Shown piece after piece: positions 1-10,530 of a DNA stretch of 64,000 nt (positions are counted from its first letter, which is position 1; each line of letters begins with the position of its first letter). Under the pieces are notes generated by a model. The model saw nothing but the letters and a program-made list of their open reading frames with translations. It had not been told where the DNA came from and did no database searches. The stretch comes from an uncultured Chloroflexia bacterium (lineage in GTDB: Bacteria > Chloroflexota > Limnocylindria > Limnocylindrales > CSP1-4). A program made the translations under genes and the position numbers. The DNA lies in NCBI GenBank assembly GCA_963814315.1, contig CAWFCG010000003.1, forward strand, positions 1,025,980 through 1,089,979, read 5' to 3'.

Positions 1-316
1 CGGTGCGGATGCCAGCCTGTGGGCCGGTGAGCGAGATGGCCTCGATGCCCTGCGCGTGCAGAGCCATGGCCACGAGCGTGCCGCTCATGTGCTCGCCGGT
101 GGCCAGCAGCAGGTCCATCTCGCGCGGATCAGGCTCGTCGGTGATGGCCGCGGCCAGCTCAGTCAGGTGGTCGGTGGTGTCACCCATGGCACTGACCACG
201 ACGACGAGGTCCACGCCCTCCCGGCGATCGCGTGCGATACGCCCGGCGACATGACGGATGCGCTCGGCATCGGCGAGCGAGGAGCCGCCGTACTTCTGAA
301 CGATGAGTCGGGCCAT
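1..316 (-). CDS. ask: aspartokinase, N-terminal 105 aa, truncated by window start
   Basis: My reverse-complement translation of 1-316 gives [54 protein letters not shown]..., a classic aspartokinase N-terminus with the KYGGSS motif. The start is the complement of cat at 314-316. It is absent from the ORF track because it is truncated. Confidence 0.8.
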   Translation of the reverse strand, partial: MARLIVQKYGGSSLADAERIRHVAGRIARDRREGVDLVVVVSAMGDTTDHLTELAAAITDEPDPREMDLLLATGEHMSGTLVAMALHAQGIEAISLTGPQAGIRT

Positions 317-325
317 CCTCGGAGT

Positions 326-1327
326 CTACGCGAGGTGGCGCAGAGGCCGGTCGAGCTCGAGGTCGAAGTCCTCGATGACCCGTGCACCCTCGGCACGGGC
401 CGCCTGCACAGCCGCCCGCCCGGTCATGCCCAGCGCTAGTGCGCGGCGCTCCATGGCCGCAGCGATGGTGGCTGCGGCGGCGGGGGCATCACTGAAGGCG
501 ATGACGGTCGAGCCGGCACCTGAAAGACAGGCTCCCTTGGCACCGGCCGCCAGGGCAGCGTCGACAAGCTCCGGCAGCTCGGGATAGGCCCCTGCGCGGT
601 AGGGCTCGTGGAGCCGGTCGACAGTACCCGGTGCGAGCAGGTCCAGCCGTCCCTGGCTCAGTGCCGCGACCGCCAGCGCCGCCGCACCCACGTTGTGGAC
701 GGCATCGGCGAACGGCACCGTGTCCGGCAGGGCCGCCCGCATGGCGACCGTGGAGAGGTGCTTGTCCGGGATGTAGAGCGCGGCCAGCAGTCCTGTGGGC
801 GGTTCGATGCGGATAGCGCGTGGGCTCCCGCCGACCTGCGTCACCACGCAGAGGCCACCGTAGATCGCGGCCGCCGCGTTGTCGGCATGACCCTCGCTGG
901 CTGCTGCCAGCTCCAGCATGCGCTCACGCCCCAAGGCACCGCCGCTGTACGCATCCGCTGCCAGCAGCGCTGCGACCGTGGCCGAAGCCGACGAGCCTAG
1001 CCCGCGGGCAACCGGGATGTGGTTGTCCATGCGCACCCGCCAGCCGACCCCGTCGAGTTCGAACCCAGCCTCGGTCAGACCCTCCAGCAAGGCGCTGACG
1101 AAGCGGTTGCGCCGACCCGTGGGCAGCTGGCCGGCGCCCTCGCCTCGCACCTCCACCTCGATGGCTGGATCCGTCTCAGCGGGAACTGCCGCGACCCTGA
1201 TGACCGTCGCCAGGTCGAGCGCCATGGCCAGCGCGTCGAAGCCGGCGCCCAGGTTGGCGGTGGTAGCGGGGACATCGATGCTGATGCTGCGGCCGACCAG
1301 ATCCACGCATGAGCGCACCCGGTTCAC
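326..1327 (-). CDS. thrB: homoserine kinase
   Basis: 333 aa GHMP kinase with the PVARGLGSSASATVAA ATP-binding motif. Its GTG start overlaps the thrC stop as GTGA. Confidence 0.85.
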   Translation of the reverse strand: MNRVRSCVDLVGRSISIDVPATTANLGAGFDALAMALDLATVIRVAAVPAETDPAIEVEVRGEGAGQLPTGRRNRFVSALLEGLTEAGFELDGVGWRVRMDNHIPVARGLGSSASATVAALLAADAYSGGALGRERMLELAAASEGHADNAAAAIYGGLCVVTQVGGSPRAIRIEPPTGLLAALYIPDKHLSTVAMRAALPDTVPFADAVHNVGAAALAVAALSQGRLDLLAPGTVDRLHEPYRAGAYPELPELVDAALAAGAKGACLSGAGSTVIAFSDAPAAAATIAAAMERRALALGMTGRAAVQAARAEGARVIEDFDLELDRPLRHLA

Positions 1328-2441
1328 CAGCCCAGTGCGCCGCGGACGCCCGCGACGGTGGGCTCAGCTTCCAGCGGTGCCTCCGCCAGCGTCATGCCGG
1401 TGTCGGGGTCCTTCAGGCCCAGCCCGGTCAGCACCGCCACGATGGTGGCACCGGGATCGATGCGGCCATCGGCGGCGGCCTTGCGTACCCCGGCCACCGA
1501 AGCCGCACTGGCGGGCTCACAGAAGATGCCCTCCATGCGCGCGAGGTCACGGTAGGAGGCCAGGATCTCCTCGTCGGTCACGGCATCGATCAGTCCACCC
1601 GACTCGTCACGGGCGGCCCGTGCCAAGTGGGCGCTGGCGGGCCGGCCGATGCGGATAGCCGTGGCGATGGTCTGTGGGTCGTCGAAGTCGTGGCCCTGGA
1701 CCAGTGGCGAGGCGCCCTCGGCCTGGAAGCCGATCATCTTCGGCGTCGTCTCTACCAGGCCGGTGTCGCGGTACTCCACGAAGCCGCGCCAGTAGGCGCT
1801 GATGTTGCCGGCGTTGCCGACCGGGATGGCGAGGTAGTCGGGTGCGCCACCGAGGTCGCTCGCAGATTCTCGAACGCGGCTGTCTTCTGGCCCTCCAGCC
1901 GGTAGGGGTTGACGGAGTTGACCAGCTCCACGGGGTAGTCGCGATCGCGTTCGGCCGTCATCTCGCGAACGATGCGCAAGGCGTCGTCGAAGTTGCCCTC
2001 GATGGCCACGACGCGCGCGCCGGCCGCGAACCCCTGCAACATCTTGCCGGCGGCGATCTTGCCCTTGGGCAGGACGATGACGGCCTCGATCCCGGCACTG
2101 GCCGCGTAGGCCGCAGCGGAGGACGAGGTGTTGCCAGTCGAGGCGCAGATGACGGCTTTGGCGCCGCCCTCGATGGCCTTGGCCACGGCCACCACCATGC
2201 CGCGGTCCTTGAACGAGCCGGTGGGGTTCTGGCCCTCGACCTTGAGGTGCAGTTGCGGGACCCCGATGGCACGACCCAGGTTTCGTGCGTGGACCAGGGG
2301 CGTGAAGCCCTCCCCCAGGCCCAAACGCGGTGTCTTGTCGGTCAGCGGCAGGAATTCGGCGAACCGCTCCATCAGGCGCGGCCGGCGACCCAGGCTCGAC
2401 TGCTCTGCCTGCAACTGGCGCAGGACCTGGCTCATCCGCAT
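1324..2441 (-). CDS. thrC: threonine synthase, interrupted by an apparent 1-nt frameshift near 1850-1870
   Basis: The 229-aa ORF (1752-2441) carries the PLP motif GSFKDRG and QKTAAFE, then runs out of frame. The 151-aa ORF (1324-1779) is the ThrC C-terminus, which my translation extends upstream as [33 protein letters not shown]. The two parts join only with a frame change around gagaatctgcgagcgacctcgg. Confidence 0.75.
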
Positions 2442-2444
2442 CGC

Positions 2445-3749
2445 CTATACCTCCGTGAGGATGGGGTACATGGCCAACGCCTGATCAAGGCGACCGATCC
2501 TGGCAGCCAAGGCCGCCGAGGTCATAGGCGGCGCGATGAGGCCATCGGTCGTGGTGGCTAGCGCCAGCGACGTGATGGCGTCTGGCAAGCCACGTGCGCC
2601 AAGCCCCTCGAGGACCACCAACCAAGCCTGTTCGCCGGCCAGGTCATCCTCGATGCGCAGATCGGCGGCCGGTGGCAACTGCGCCCACGTAGAACCGGCG
2701 CCGGCCGAAACGGCCAGCACATCGGCCAGGATGGCCGATGACGTCGCGGGTCCGCCGGCACCGGGTCCGCTCATGACCACACGCCCGGCCGGGTCGGCGC
2801 TGAACTCGACGATATTGGTGACACCGGTCGTGGAACCGATGGCCGAGGCGGCCGCCACCGCCATCGGCGAGACGCCGCCGCGGACCGATCCGTCAGGCAG
2901 GCGTTCCGCTCGTGCCACCAGCTTGATGCTCATGCCCAGCCGGGCAGCCGTGGCGAGGTGGCTGCGTTCGACACCACTGATCCCGGGAGCCCGATCAGGG
3001 CCGATCGCCGGCAGGGTGCGGCGCACGGCATCGATGTCGCCCCAGCCACCCCACGCCAGACGTGAGAGCAGCACCAGTTTGTAGGCGGCATCGAGTCCTT
3101 CCACATCGCTGCTCGGATCGGCTTCCGCGTAGCCGCGCGCCTGGACCTCGCGCAGGACGTCGGCATAGTCGCGCGCATCCGAGGCCATGGTGCTGAGGAT
3201 GTAGTTGGTGGTCCCGTTGAAGATGCCCCGCACGCGGTCGATGCGGCCGGCACCGAGCTCACGGACCAGCGGCCCCAGCACGGGCACGCCGGCCAGCACG
3301 GCCGCCTCGAATCGCAGGGCCACCTGGGCCTCTCGGGCGGCCTGTTCGAGCTCACGGCCGCGGCGTGCGACGAGGTCCTTGTTGGCGGTCACCACGCTCT
3401 TGCCTGCGGCGAAGGCGGCCAGCACGGCCTCGCCGGCGATGCCTGCTCCGCCCATCAGCTCGATGACGACGTCGACGTCATCGCCTTGGAGCAGTTCGTG
3501 AAAGTCGGTCACCTGACGCACGTCATCCGGGATGGCGAGGCCACGCTCTCGTTCCAGGTCAAGGTCCGCGATCCCCACCAGGCGTGGGGCCTGATGTCCT
3601 CGACGGGCCACGGCCTTGCTCCATTCCGGGTCGAGCAGCCGCCCGGCCACCGCGGTTCCGACGGTACCCAAGCCGAAGATGGCCAGCCGGGGCCTGGGAG
3701 GCTGAGGCGGTGGTGCAGCGGTCGTCATATCCGGGGCATCATGATCCAT
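2445..3749 (-). CDS. hom: homoserine dehydrogenase
   Basis: It shows the Hom N-terminal NAD-binding pattern LAIFGLGTVGTAV and the catalytic region ANKDLVA, with a C-terminal ACT-like domain. The ORF track extends it to 3959, but the likely start is MDHDAPDMTTAAPP, the complement of cat at 3747-3749. Confidence 0.85.
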   Translation of the reverse strand: MDHDAPDMTTAAPPPQPPRPRLAIFGLGTVGTAVAGRLLDPEWSKAVARRGHQAPRLVGIADLDLERERGLAIPDDVRQVTDFHELLQGDDVDVVIELMGGAGIAGEAVLAAFAAGKSVVTANKDLVARRGRELEQAAREAQVALRFEAAVLAGVPVLGPLVRELGAGRIDRVRGIFNGTTNYILSTMASDARDYADVLREVQARGYAEADPSSDVEGLDAAYKLVLLSRLAWGGWGDIDAVRRTLPAIGPDRAPGISGVERSHLATAARLGMSIKLVARAERLPDGSVRGGVSPMAVAAASAIGSTTGVTNIVEFSADPAGRVVMSGPGAGGPATSSAILADVLAVSAGAGSTWAQLPPAADLRIEDDLAGEQAWLVVLEGLGARGLPDAITSLALATTTDGLIAPPMTSAALAARIGRLDQALAMYPILTEV

Positions 3750-3837
3750 GCGCCGATCGTAGCGCAGGCCCAGCCTGCTAGAGTCGAGCGCCGACAGTTC
3801 CGAAGAACGGACCAGCCCCGACCACGATTGCGAGCCG

Positions 3838-4866
3838 ATGATGGACCCCTCGACGACGCCTAGCCCGACCCCCAAACCTGGCCTCGGCGCCCGCGTGTTC
3901 TCTGGCGTCCAGCCCTCCGGTCTGCCCCACGTGGGCAACCACCTGGGCGCCTTCTCCAACTACATCGCCATGCAGGACGGCTTCGATGCCATCTATTGCA
4001 TCGTCGACTACCACGCCCTGACATCCACCCACGATGCCGAGCTCATCCGCCGCAACACCCACGAGATGGCGCTGGGCTTGCTGGCTCTCGGCCTCGATCC
4101 CGACCGTGCCGCGCTCTTCCGCCAATCAGACCGGCCCGAACACCTGGAGCTGATGTGGCTGCTGGCCTCGGTCACCCCCACCGGCTGGGTCGATCGAACG
4201 CCGTCCTTCAAGGAGAAGCGCCGCAACCAGCCCGCCGACGTCAACCTGGCGTTGCTCAACTACCCGGTGCTGCAGGCTGCGGACATCGCCGTCTACAAGG
4301 CCCACTACGTGCCGGTGGGCAAGGACCAGGCGGCGCACCTGGAGCTGGCACGTGAGATCGTACGATCGTTCAACGGCCGCTACGGCGAGGTCTTCCCCGA
4401 GCCGCAGGCCGTCTTTTCTGACGCTCCCATCGTCAAGGGCACCGACGGCGCAGCCAAGATGTCCAAGTCACTCGGCAACGTCATCGAGATCTTCGCTGAC
4501 GAGGATGTCATCGCCAAGCAGATCATGAGCATGGTCACCGACACGCAGCGCGGACGACGCACAGATCCCGGGCGCCCGGAGGTCTGTAACGTGTGCCAGC
4601 TGCACCGCATCTTCAGCCCGGATGACTACCAGGACATCTGGGATGGCGAGCGGACCGCGCGGACTGGCTGTGTCGATACCAAGAGGCTGCTTCTCGAACG
4701 GATGCTGGCGTACTTTGCCGAGGCGCGCCAACGCTACGCAGAGCTTAAGGCGAAGCCGGGCCTGGTCGAGGAGATCCTGGCGGCGGGCGCGGCGCGACTG
4801 GCACCGCTGGCGGCCGAGACGCTCGCCGAGTGCCACGAGCGCATGGGCCTGGGACCCCGCCGCTGA
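3838..4866 (+). CDS. trpS: tryptophan--tRNA ligase
   Basis: Class I aaRS with an HVGN (HIGH-type) motif, the KMSKS motif and overall TrpS-like sequence. It is divergent from hom. Confidence 0.85.
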   Translation: MMDPSTTPSPTPKPGLGARVFSGVQPSGLPHVGNHLGAFSNYIAMQDGFDAIYCIVDYHALTSTHDAELIRRNTHEMALGLLALGLDPDRAALFRQSDRPEHLELMWLLASVTPTGWVDRTPSFKEKRRNQPADVNLALLNYPVLQAADIAVYKAHYVPVGKDQAAHLELAREIVRSFNGRYGEVFPEPQAVFSDAPIVKGTDGAAKMSKSLGNVIEIFADEDVIAKQIMSMVTDTQRGRRTDPGRPEVCNVCQLHRIFSPDDYQDIWDGERTARTGCVDTKRLLLERMLAYFAEARQRYAELKAKPGLVEEILAAGAARLAPLAAETLAECHERMGLGPRR

Positions 4867-4924
4867 GCACGGCTGCGGTGCCGCGGCAGGTTTGACAGCA
4901 GGACGTGCAGAGTAGACTCCAGCC

Positions 4925-6172
4925 ATGATGTCCCGCCTCGTCGAGCAAGAGGGGCGTTGGATCCGCGCGCTGCTGATCCTCGCTACGTTGACCGTGGCGC
5001 TGGTCTTCACCGGCCTCGCCGCGAATGTCATCGTCTATTTCAGCGACATCATCCTTATCGTGGTGATGGCGTGGGTCTTCGCCTTCGTCCTCTCACCCCT
5101 GGTGGACGGCATCAAGCGCTTCCTGCCGGCCGCACCGCGGACGCTGGTGGTGGTGCTGGTCTACGGGTCGCTGTTCCTCGTGCTGGGCGTGCTGGGCCTG
5201 GTCATCGCCACCCAGCTGGCCGGCTCCATCGTCAACTTCACCGAAGAGCTGCCCACGCTGCAGGATCGTCTGCCAGAGATCGTCGCACCCTGGCAGCAGC
5301 AACTCAACGACCTCGGCCTACAGGTCGACCTCGCACATGTCGCGGACCAGACGCTGCAGGAGATCGCCGCCTCGTCAGGCCAGGTCGTGCAGCCGCTCCA
5401 GGACATCGCCTTCGCCAGCCTGGGGATGTTGGGCAACCTGATGTTCATGATCTTCCTGTCGCTCTTCATCCTCCTCGACAAGGATCGCCTGCTGGCCTTC
5501 GTCAACCAGGTCACGCCGCCACGCTTTGCGGGTGAGGTGCGCCTCTTCCAGACGAGCGTGGCCGCCTCCTTTGGCGGCTTCATCCGCGGCCAGGCCATCC
5601 AGGGCGTCTTCCTGGCGGCCTTCGCCGCCGTCGGCAGCCTGGCGCTGGACATCGACTACATGCCACTCACCACGGCGCTGGTGGCCATCTTCCAGTTCAT
5701 TCCCTTCTTCGGGCCGTTCATCTCGTGGGCGCCACCGGTGGTAGCGGCCATCCTGACCCAGCCCGATGCCTTGATCCCCATCATCATCATCATGGCCGTC
5801 GGCTGGTTCTTCACCATGAACATCCTGCAGCCACGCGTGATGGCCAGCTCGGTCGGTATCCACCCGGTGGTGGTGCTGGTGTCCGTGCTCATCGGCCTGC
5901 GCCTGCAGGGCGTCATCGGCGCCATCTTCGCCATCCCCGTGGCCGCGGTCATCAGCGCCTTCTTCTTCCACTACCTCAACCGGTCGCAGGGTGGTCCCCG
6001 CGACGTGACCAGCCGCGCGGCACGGCGCCTCGAAGAGCGCGAGGGCCGGCCGGTGCGTGTCCCTGCGCCCCCGGCCGTCGGAATCCCAGCGGGCTCGCCG
6101 GCCATGGCCACCAACGCGGCTGCGCGCACGCCACCGACGACCGAACCTGAAACCTCCAAGGAGTCCGCATGA
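4925..6172 (+). CDS. AI-2E family (PerM/UPF0118) membrane transporter with a Pro/Arg-rich C-terminal tail
   Basis: 415 aa with multiple TM helices and AI-2E family-like sequence. The last roughly 70 aa are low-complexity. Confidence 0.6.
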   Translation: MMSRLVEQEGRWIRALLILATLTVALVFTGLAANVIVYFSDIILIVVMAWVFAFVLSPLVDGIKRFLPAAPRTLVVVLVYGSLFLVLGVLGLVIATQLAGSIVNFTEELPTLQDRLPEIVAPWQQQLNDLGLQVDLAHVADQTLQEIAASSGQVVQPLQDIAFASLGMLGNLMFMIFLSLFILLDKDRLLAFVNQVTPPRFAGEVRLFQTSVAASFGGFIRGQAIQGVFLAAFAAVGSLALDIDYMPLTTALVAIFQFIPFFGPFISWAPPVVAAILTQPDALIPIIIIMAVGWFFTMNILQPRVMASSVGIHPVVVLVSVLIGLRLQGVIGAIFAIPVAAVISAFFFHYLNRSQGGPRDVTSRAARRLEEREGRPVRVPAPPAVGIPAGSPAMATNAAARTPPTTEPETSKESA

Positions 6173-7137
6173 ACGAAGAGCCGAAGCCGTCAGCTCCCGA
6201 AGCACACGACCCACCGTCAGCCCGCGCCCGTCGCAGTGCGCCCGGCGACGAGCTCACTGGCAGCTACGGCAGTGAGCTGGGCCTAGCCGAACGTTACATC
6301 CCCAGCGCCCGCGCCACGCCGCGGCAGGCTCGCCCCCTGGCGGAGTGGGAAACGCGCCCGCGCATCCTGGTCACCAACGACGACGGCATCGAATCCCGCG
6401 GCCTGCTGGTCCTGAAGCAGGCCCTGGAGCCCATCGGCGACGTCTATGTCATGGCACCCGATACCAACCAGTCGGCGGTGGGTCACTCGATGACCTTCAT
6501 GCGCCCCTTGCGCGTGCGCGAGCGCGTCCTTGACGATGGCTCGCAAGGCTGGTCGGTCGACGGCTCCCCCACCGATGCGGTGAGCCTGGCCTTCCTGGGC
6601 TACTTCGGCATCAGCTTCGACCTCGTCGCCTCGGGCATCAACTACGGCTTCAACCTGGGTGACGACATCACCTATTCCGGTACCGTCGGCGCGGCCATGG
6701 AATCGGTGCTGTCGGGCTGTCCCGCTTTTGCCATGAGCCAGGGGTTCGAGGGCGAGCCGGACTTCGAGCTGGCCGGCCGCGTGGCCGACCTGGTGGCTCG
6801 CAACATCCTCGAGCACGGCCTTGGAGCGGGCGAGTTGCTCAACGTCAACGTACCCGCGGTCAGCGCCGAGGAACTCGATGGCATCGAACTCACGCGCATG
6901 GGCAAGCGCGTCCACCAGGACCAGTTGCTGGAACGTCGTGATCCACGCGGCACGCCCTACTACTGGTTCGGTGGACCGCCGCCGACCGGTCTCGCCGAGC
7001 CAGGGACGGACTTCCACGCCGTCCTCAACAAGCGCGCCGCCATCACGCCCATCCATCTTGACCTGACGGCCAAACGCCTGCTGCAGCGGATCCACGGCTG
7101 GGACTGGCGATTTGAGGAGGGCTCGTCACCCGACTGA
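6169..7137 (+). CDS. surE: 5'/3'-nucleotidase SurE with a roughly 60 aa N-terminal extension
   Basis: Carries the LVTNDDG motif and the NYGFNLGDDITYSGTVGAAMES core. It overlaps the upstream gene as ATGA. The N-terminal extension may be over-called. Confidence 0.8.
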   Translation: MNEEPKPSAPEAHDPPSARARRSAPGDELTGSYGSELGLAERYIPSARATPRQARPLAEWETRPRILVTNDDGIESRGLLVLKQALEPIGDVYVMAPDTNQSAVGHSMTFMRPLRVRERVLDDGSQGWSVDGSPTDAVSLAFLGYFGISFDLVASGINYGFNLGDDITYSGTVGAAMESVLSGCPAFAMSQGFEGEPDFELAGRVADLVARNILEHGLGAGELLNVNVPAVSAEELDGIELTRMGKRVHQDQLLERRDPRGTPYYWFGGPPPTGLAEPGTDFHAVLNKRAAITPIHLDLTAKRLLQRIHGWDWRFEEGSSPD

Positions 7138-7210
7138 TGGCATTCTCACTCGATAGCGATCGAGTGGTCAGGTTGTCCCGCTATGCGTGAACCCGACCGG
7201 AGCTTCCGCA

Positions 7211-8827
7211 CTACGCCTTCCGGGCCCGATCCGCCAGCACGGCCTTGGCGGCGTTGCGACCCGGCAAGCCGGTCACGCCGCCACCGGGATGTGCACCAGA
7301 GCCGGCAAGGTAGAGGCCAGCCACCGGCATGCGGTGCCGCGCGAAGCCGAGCAGCGGACGCCAGGCGAACCACTGGTCCAGGCCGGGCTCCAGGTGCATC
7401 GGGTGCCCGCCCGACAGGCCGAAGTCGCGCTCCAGGTCGATCGGCGTCAGCACTTGGCGAGCCACGATCTGCGCGTTGATGCCCGGCGCTGCGCGCTCCA
7501 GCGTCCGGACCACGAGGTCGCCGAAGGGTTCGCGCTCCCGTTCCCAGTCGCCATCGCGCAGGGCATATGGGGCCGACTGGGCGATGACGCTCATGACGTG
7601 CTTGACGCCAACGGCGGCTGCGCCGTCCACGAGCAATGGATCGACCAGGCTGGGAATGGTGGCTTCCAGCCACGGCGCATGGCTGACATGTCCGTACTTG
7701 GCGGCGTTCGCGGCTTCGTCCAGATAGCGCACCGACGGCGCGATGACGATGCGACCTCGTAGGCGCGTGGCTGCTTCAGCACCCTCCAGGCCGGTGAAGG
7801 TGGGTAGCTCAGACAGGGCCAGGTTGACCTTGGCGGTCATGCCGCGGTCACGCAGGTTGTCCACCTCCCAGCCAAGGTCCGGGCCGAGGGTCTCGGGATC
7901 GATGAGGCCCGCCAAGGTCGTGCGCGGGTCCATGCCGCTAACCACGACGTCGGCCCCGATCTCCTCGCCATCGACCAGCGCCACGCCCTTGACGCGCTCA
8001 TGGTCGTCTCGGATGGCGATGACCTCGGCCGCAGTGCGGATCTCCACTCCGGCGGCTCGGGCAGCGTCGGCAAGGGCGGCCACCAGCAGCCCGGGGCCAC
8101 CGCGTGCAAGGACCGTCTCCCCAGCCGCTCCGCCGCCATTGCCCGCCGAATCGGTCAGCATCACCGCGGTGGTGCCGGCCATGTGGGGACCCATGGCGGT
8201 GTGGCGGATGCCACGCGTGGCGAGCATGGCCCGCAAGGCATCTGACTGCAGGTTGTCCTCGAGATAGTCGGCGATGGACATCGGCAGCATGCGCGTGAAC
8301 TCACGGGCATGGCGTGCCTCAAGCCGGCGGTAACGCCAGCCCAAGCGCAGCCCACTGACCAGGACATCCAGTGTGGCCTGCTTCACGTCCGGTGGCGTCA
8401 TCAAGAGCAGACGCCAGAGGGTGGAGGCGAGCGCACGAAACTCCGCGTCGAACGCTTGCCACTTGGCAGCGTCGACCCGTGAGAGGGCAGCCAGCTCAGC
8501 CGAAGTGCGGGCCGGATCTGTCCATAGCGTGATGGGCGGGCCCTCCCCGCCGACCGACGTCACCAGCGCCGCCGGCTGCACCAGCCGCAAGCCGAGGTGG
8601 CCCAGGTCCAGGTCCCGCGCCACCGATGCGGTGAGCCGGCCGACGGTGTGCGCCAGCGTGGGCACGTGGGCGCCGGGCGCGATCTCCGAAGTGCCGATGG
8701 CACCTCCGAGCGTGTCACGCTTCTCCAGTAGAAGGGTCCGCAGACCGGCGCGACCGAGATAGGCTGCGCATACGAGGCCGTTGTGGCCGCCGCCCACGAC
8801 CACGGCGTCCCAGCGCGACTCTGTCAC
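7211..8827 (-). CDS. NAD(P)/FAD-dependent oxidoreductase, phytoene-desaturase (CrtI) family, copy A
   Basis: Has the dinucleotide-binding motif DAVVVGGGHNGLVCAAYLGRAGLRTLLLEKRDTLGG. Its GTG start at 8827 overlaps the stop of copy B as GTGA. The ORF-track extension to 8932 is spurious. Confidence 0.7.
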   Translation of the reverse strand: MTESRWDAVVVGGGHNGLVCAAYLGRAGLRTLLLEKRDTLGGAIGTSEIAPGAHVPTLAHTVGRLTASVARDLDLGHLGLRLVQPAALVTSVGGEGPPITLWTDPARTSAELAALSRVDAAKWQAFDAEFRALASTLWRLLLMTPPDVKQATLDVLVSGLRLGWRYRRLEARHAREFTRMLPMSIADYLEDNLQSDALRAMLATRGIRHTAMGPHMAGTTAVMLTDSAGNGGGAAGETVLARGGPGLLVAALADAARAAGVEIRTAAEVIAIRDDHERVKGVALVDGEEIGADVVVSGMDPRTTLAGLIDPETLGPDLGWEVDNLRDRGMTAKVNLALSELPTFTGLEGAEAATRLRGRIVIAPSVRYLDEAANAAKYGHVSHAPWLEATIPSLVDPLLVDGAAAVGVKHVMSVIAQSAPYALRDGDWEREREPFGDLVVRTLERAAPGINAQIVARQVLTPIDLERDFGLSGGHPMHLEPGLDQWFAWRPLLGFARHRMPVAGLYLAGSGAHPGGGVTGLPGRNAAKAVLADRARKA

Positions 8828-10416
8828 GCCGCACCGCCGCGGCGCTTGGCATCGAGGACCTTCAGCGCGGCCAGCCGTCCATTGGCACCCATGATGCCGC
8901 CACCGGGATGGGCCGATGACCCCGAGAGCCACAGGTTGCTGACGGGCGTCCCGAAACGGCTCCAGCCGGGGACGGGGCGGTTGAAGAAGAGCTGCTCGAG
9001 CGAAAGCTCACCCTGGAAGATGTTGCCCTCGGTGAGTCCGACGTCGCGCTCCATGTCCAGCGGGGTCACCACCTGGCGATGGAGGATGAGATCGCGGATG
9101 TTGGGCGCGCGCTCGGCGATGACGTCGATGACCGCGTCACCGAAGGCCTCCCGCCGCTCGTCCCAGGTGCCCTCGGCCAAGTGGTAGGGCGCGTACTGCA
9201 CGAAGCAGCTCATGACATGCTTGCCGGGTGGCGCCATGGTCGGGTCCACCAGCGTGGGGATGATGCTGTCCACGTAGGGGCGGCGGCTGAAACGGCCAGC
9301 CTTGGCGTCGTCATAGGCCTCCTCCATGTAGTCGAGCGAGGGCGAGAAACTCATAGCGCCCCGCAGGTGCTCACCCGGTCCGGGCAGCGAAGTGAACGAA
9401 GGCAGGCCGTCAAGCGCCAGGTTGACCTTGCCCGATGAGCCGCGGAAGCGGAAACGACGAATCGCTGTTTCGAACTCAGGACTAAGCGCGCCGGCCGGCA
9501 ACAGACCCAGGAACGTGCGCCGGGCGTCGGTGCTGGCGAGCACGTGGTCCGCCCCGATCTCTTCGCCGCTTTCGAGCACCACGCCATAGGCGCGGCCCTC
9601 CCGGACGAGGATCTCCGCCACCGGCGCCTCGGTGCGGATCTCCGCGCCCGCTGCACGGGCGGCGCTGGCGATGGCGGAAGCTACGCCGCCGGTGCCGCCC
9701 TTGGGGATGCCCCAGGCGCGGAAGGCGCCGTCGATCTCGCCCATGTAGTGGTGCAACAGCACATAGGCGGTGCCCGGCGAATGCACCCCGAGATACGTGC
9801 CGATGATGCCTGAGGCGCTCATGGTGGCCTTCAGGGGTGCCGTCTCGAACCAGCGGTCCAGGAAATCGGCCGCGCTCATCGTCATCAGTTGCACGAAGGT
9901 GAGCTGCTGACGACGCGACAGCGTCCCGAAGTCCCGCACCAGGCCGCCGAGTGCGGCCGCATCGCGCGGGTCCGGCCGCCGCGGGTCGGTCGGCGTCATA
10001 GCCAGGATCGGCTTGATGAAGCGCGCCATCTGCGCCATCAGTCGGCCGTATTCCTCGTAGGCCTCGGCGTCGCTGACCGACCAGCGGCGCAGTTCGCGCA
10101 TGGTGTGGGCATGGTCGTCGGTTCGCCAGAGGTGGTCCCCTTCGACCGGCGTGAAGGTGCCGTCGAGCGGCAGGATGTGAAGACCATGCCGAGGCAGTTC
10201 CAGGTCGCGGATGATCTCCGGTCGCAGCAGGCTGACGACGTAGGAGAGCACGCTGAAGCGGAAACCGGGGAACACCTCCTGCGTCAACGTCGCCCCGCCG
10301 AGGATGTCGCGGCGCTCCAGCAGCAGCGTGCGCAGGCCACCCCGAGCGAGGTAGGCCGCGCTGATCAGGCCGTTGTGGCCGCCGCCGATGACGACCGCGT
10401 CGTAGTGTTGTGACAC
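8824..10416 (-). CDS. NAD(P)/FAD-dependent oxidoreductase, CrtI family, copy B (tandem paralog)
   Basis: Has the motif DAVVIGGGHNGLISAAYLARGGLRTLLLERRDILGG. It aligns along its whole length with copy A. Confidence 0.7.
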   Translation of the reverse strand: MSQHYDAVVIGGGHNGLISAAYLARGGLRTLLLERRDILGGATLTQEVFPGFRFSVLSYVVSLLRPEIIRDLELPRHGLHILPLDGTFTPVEGDHLWRTDDHAHTMRELRRWSVSDAEAYEEYGRLMAQMARFIKPILAMTPTDPRRPDPRDAAALGGLVRDFGTLSRRQQLTFVQLMTMSAADFLDRWFETAPLKATMSASGIIGTYLGVHSPGTAYVLLHHYMGEIDGAFRAWGIPKGGTGGVASAIASAARAAGAEIRTEAPVAEILVREGRAYGVVLESGEEIGADHVLASTDARRTFLGLLPAGALSPEFETAIRRFRFRGSSGKVNLALDGLPSFTSLPGPGEHLRGAMSFSPSLDYMEEAYDDAKAGRFSRRPYVDSIIPTLVDPTMAPPGKHVMSCFVQYAPYHLAEGTWDERREAFGDAVIDVIAERAPNIRDLILHRQVVTPLDMERDVGLTEGNIFQGELSLEQLFFNRPVPGWSRFGTPVSNLWLSGSSAHPGGGIMGANGRLAALKVLDAKRRGGAA

Positions 10417-10530
10417 AGACCCATGCTACGCGGTGGGCCGGCCTGCGGTTCGACGGACGGTCCCCGGTTCGACGGAGTCGGCCTGCAGTCCGACGGGGTC
10501 GGTGCTCCTGGTGCGCCCTAGACTCGTCAC

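Noticed and set aside
2445-3959. Full 504-aa extent of the hom ORF
   Set aside because: The first roughly 70 codons overlap the trpS start and divergent promoter. The conserved Hom N-terminus begins at MDHDAPDMTT (3749).
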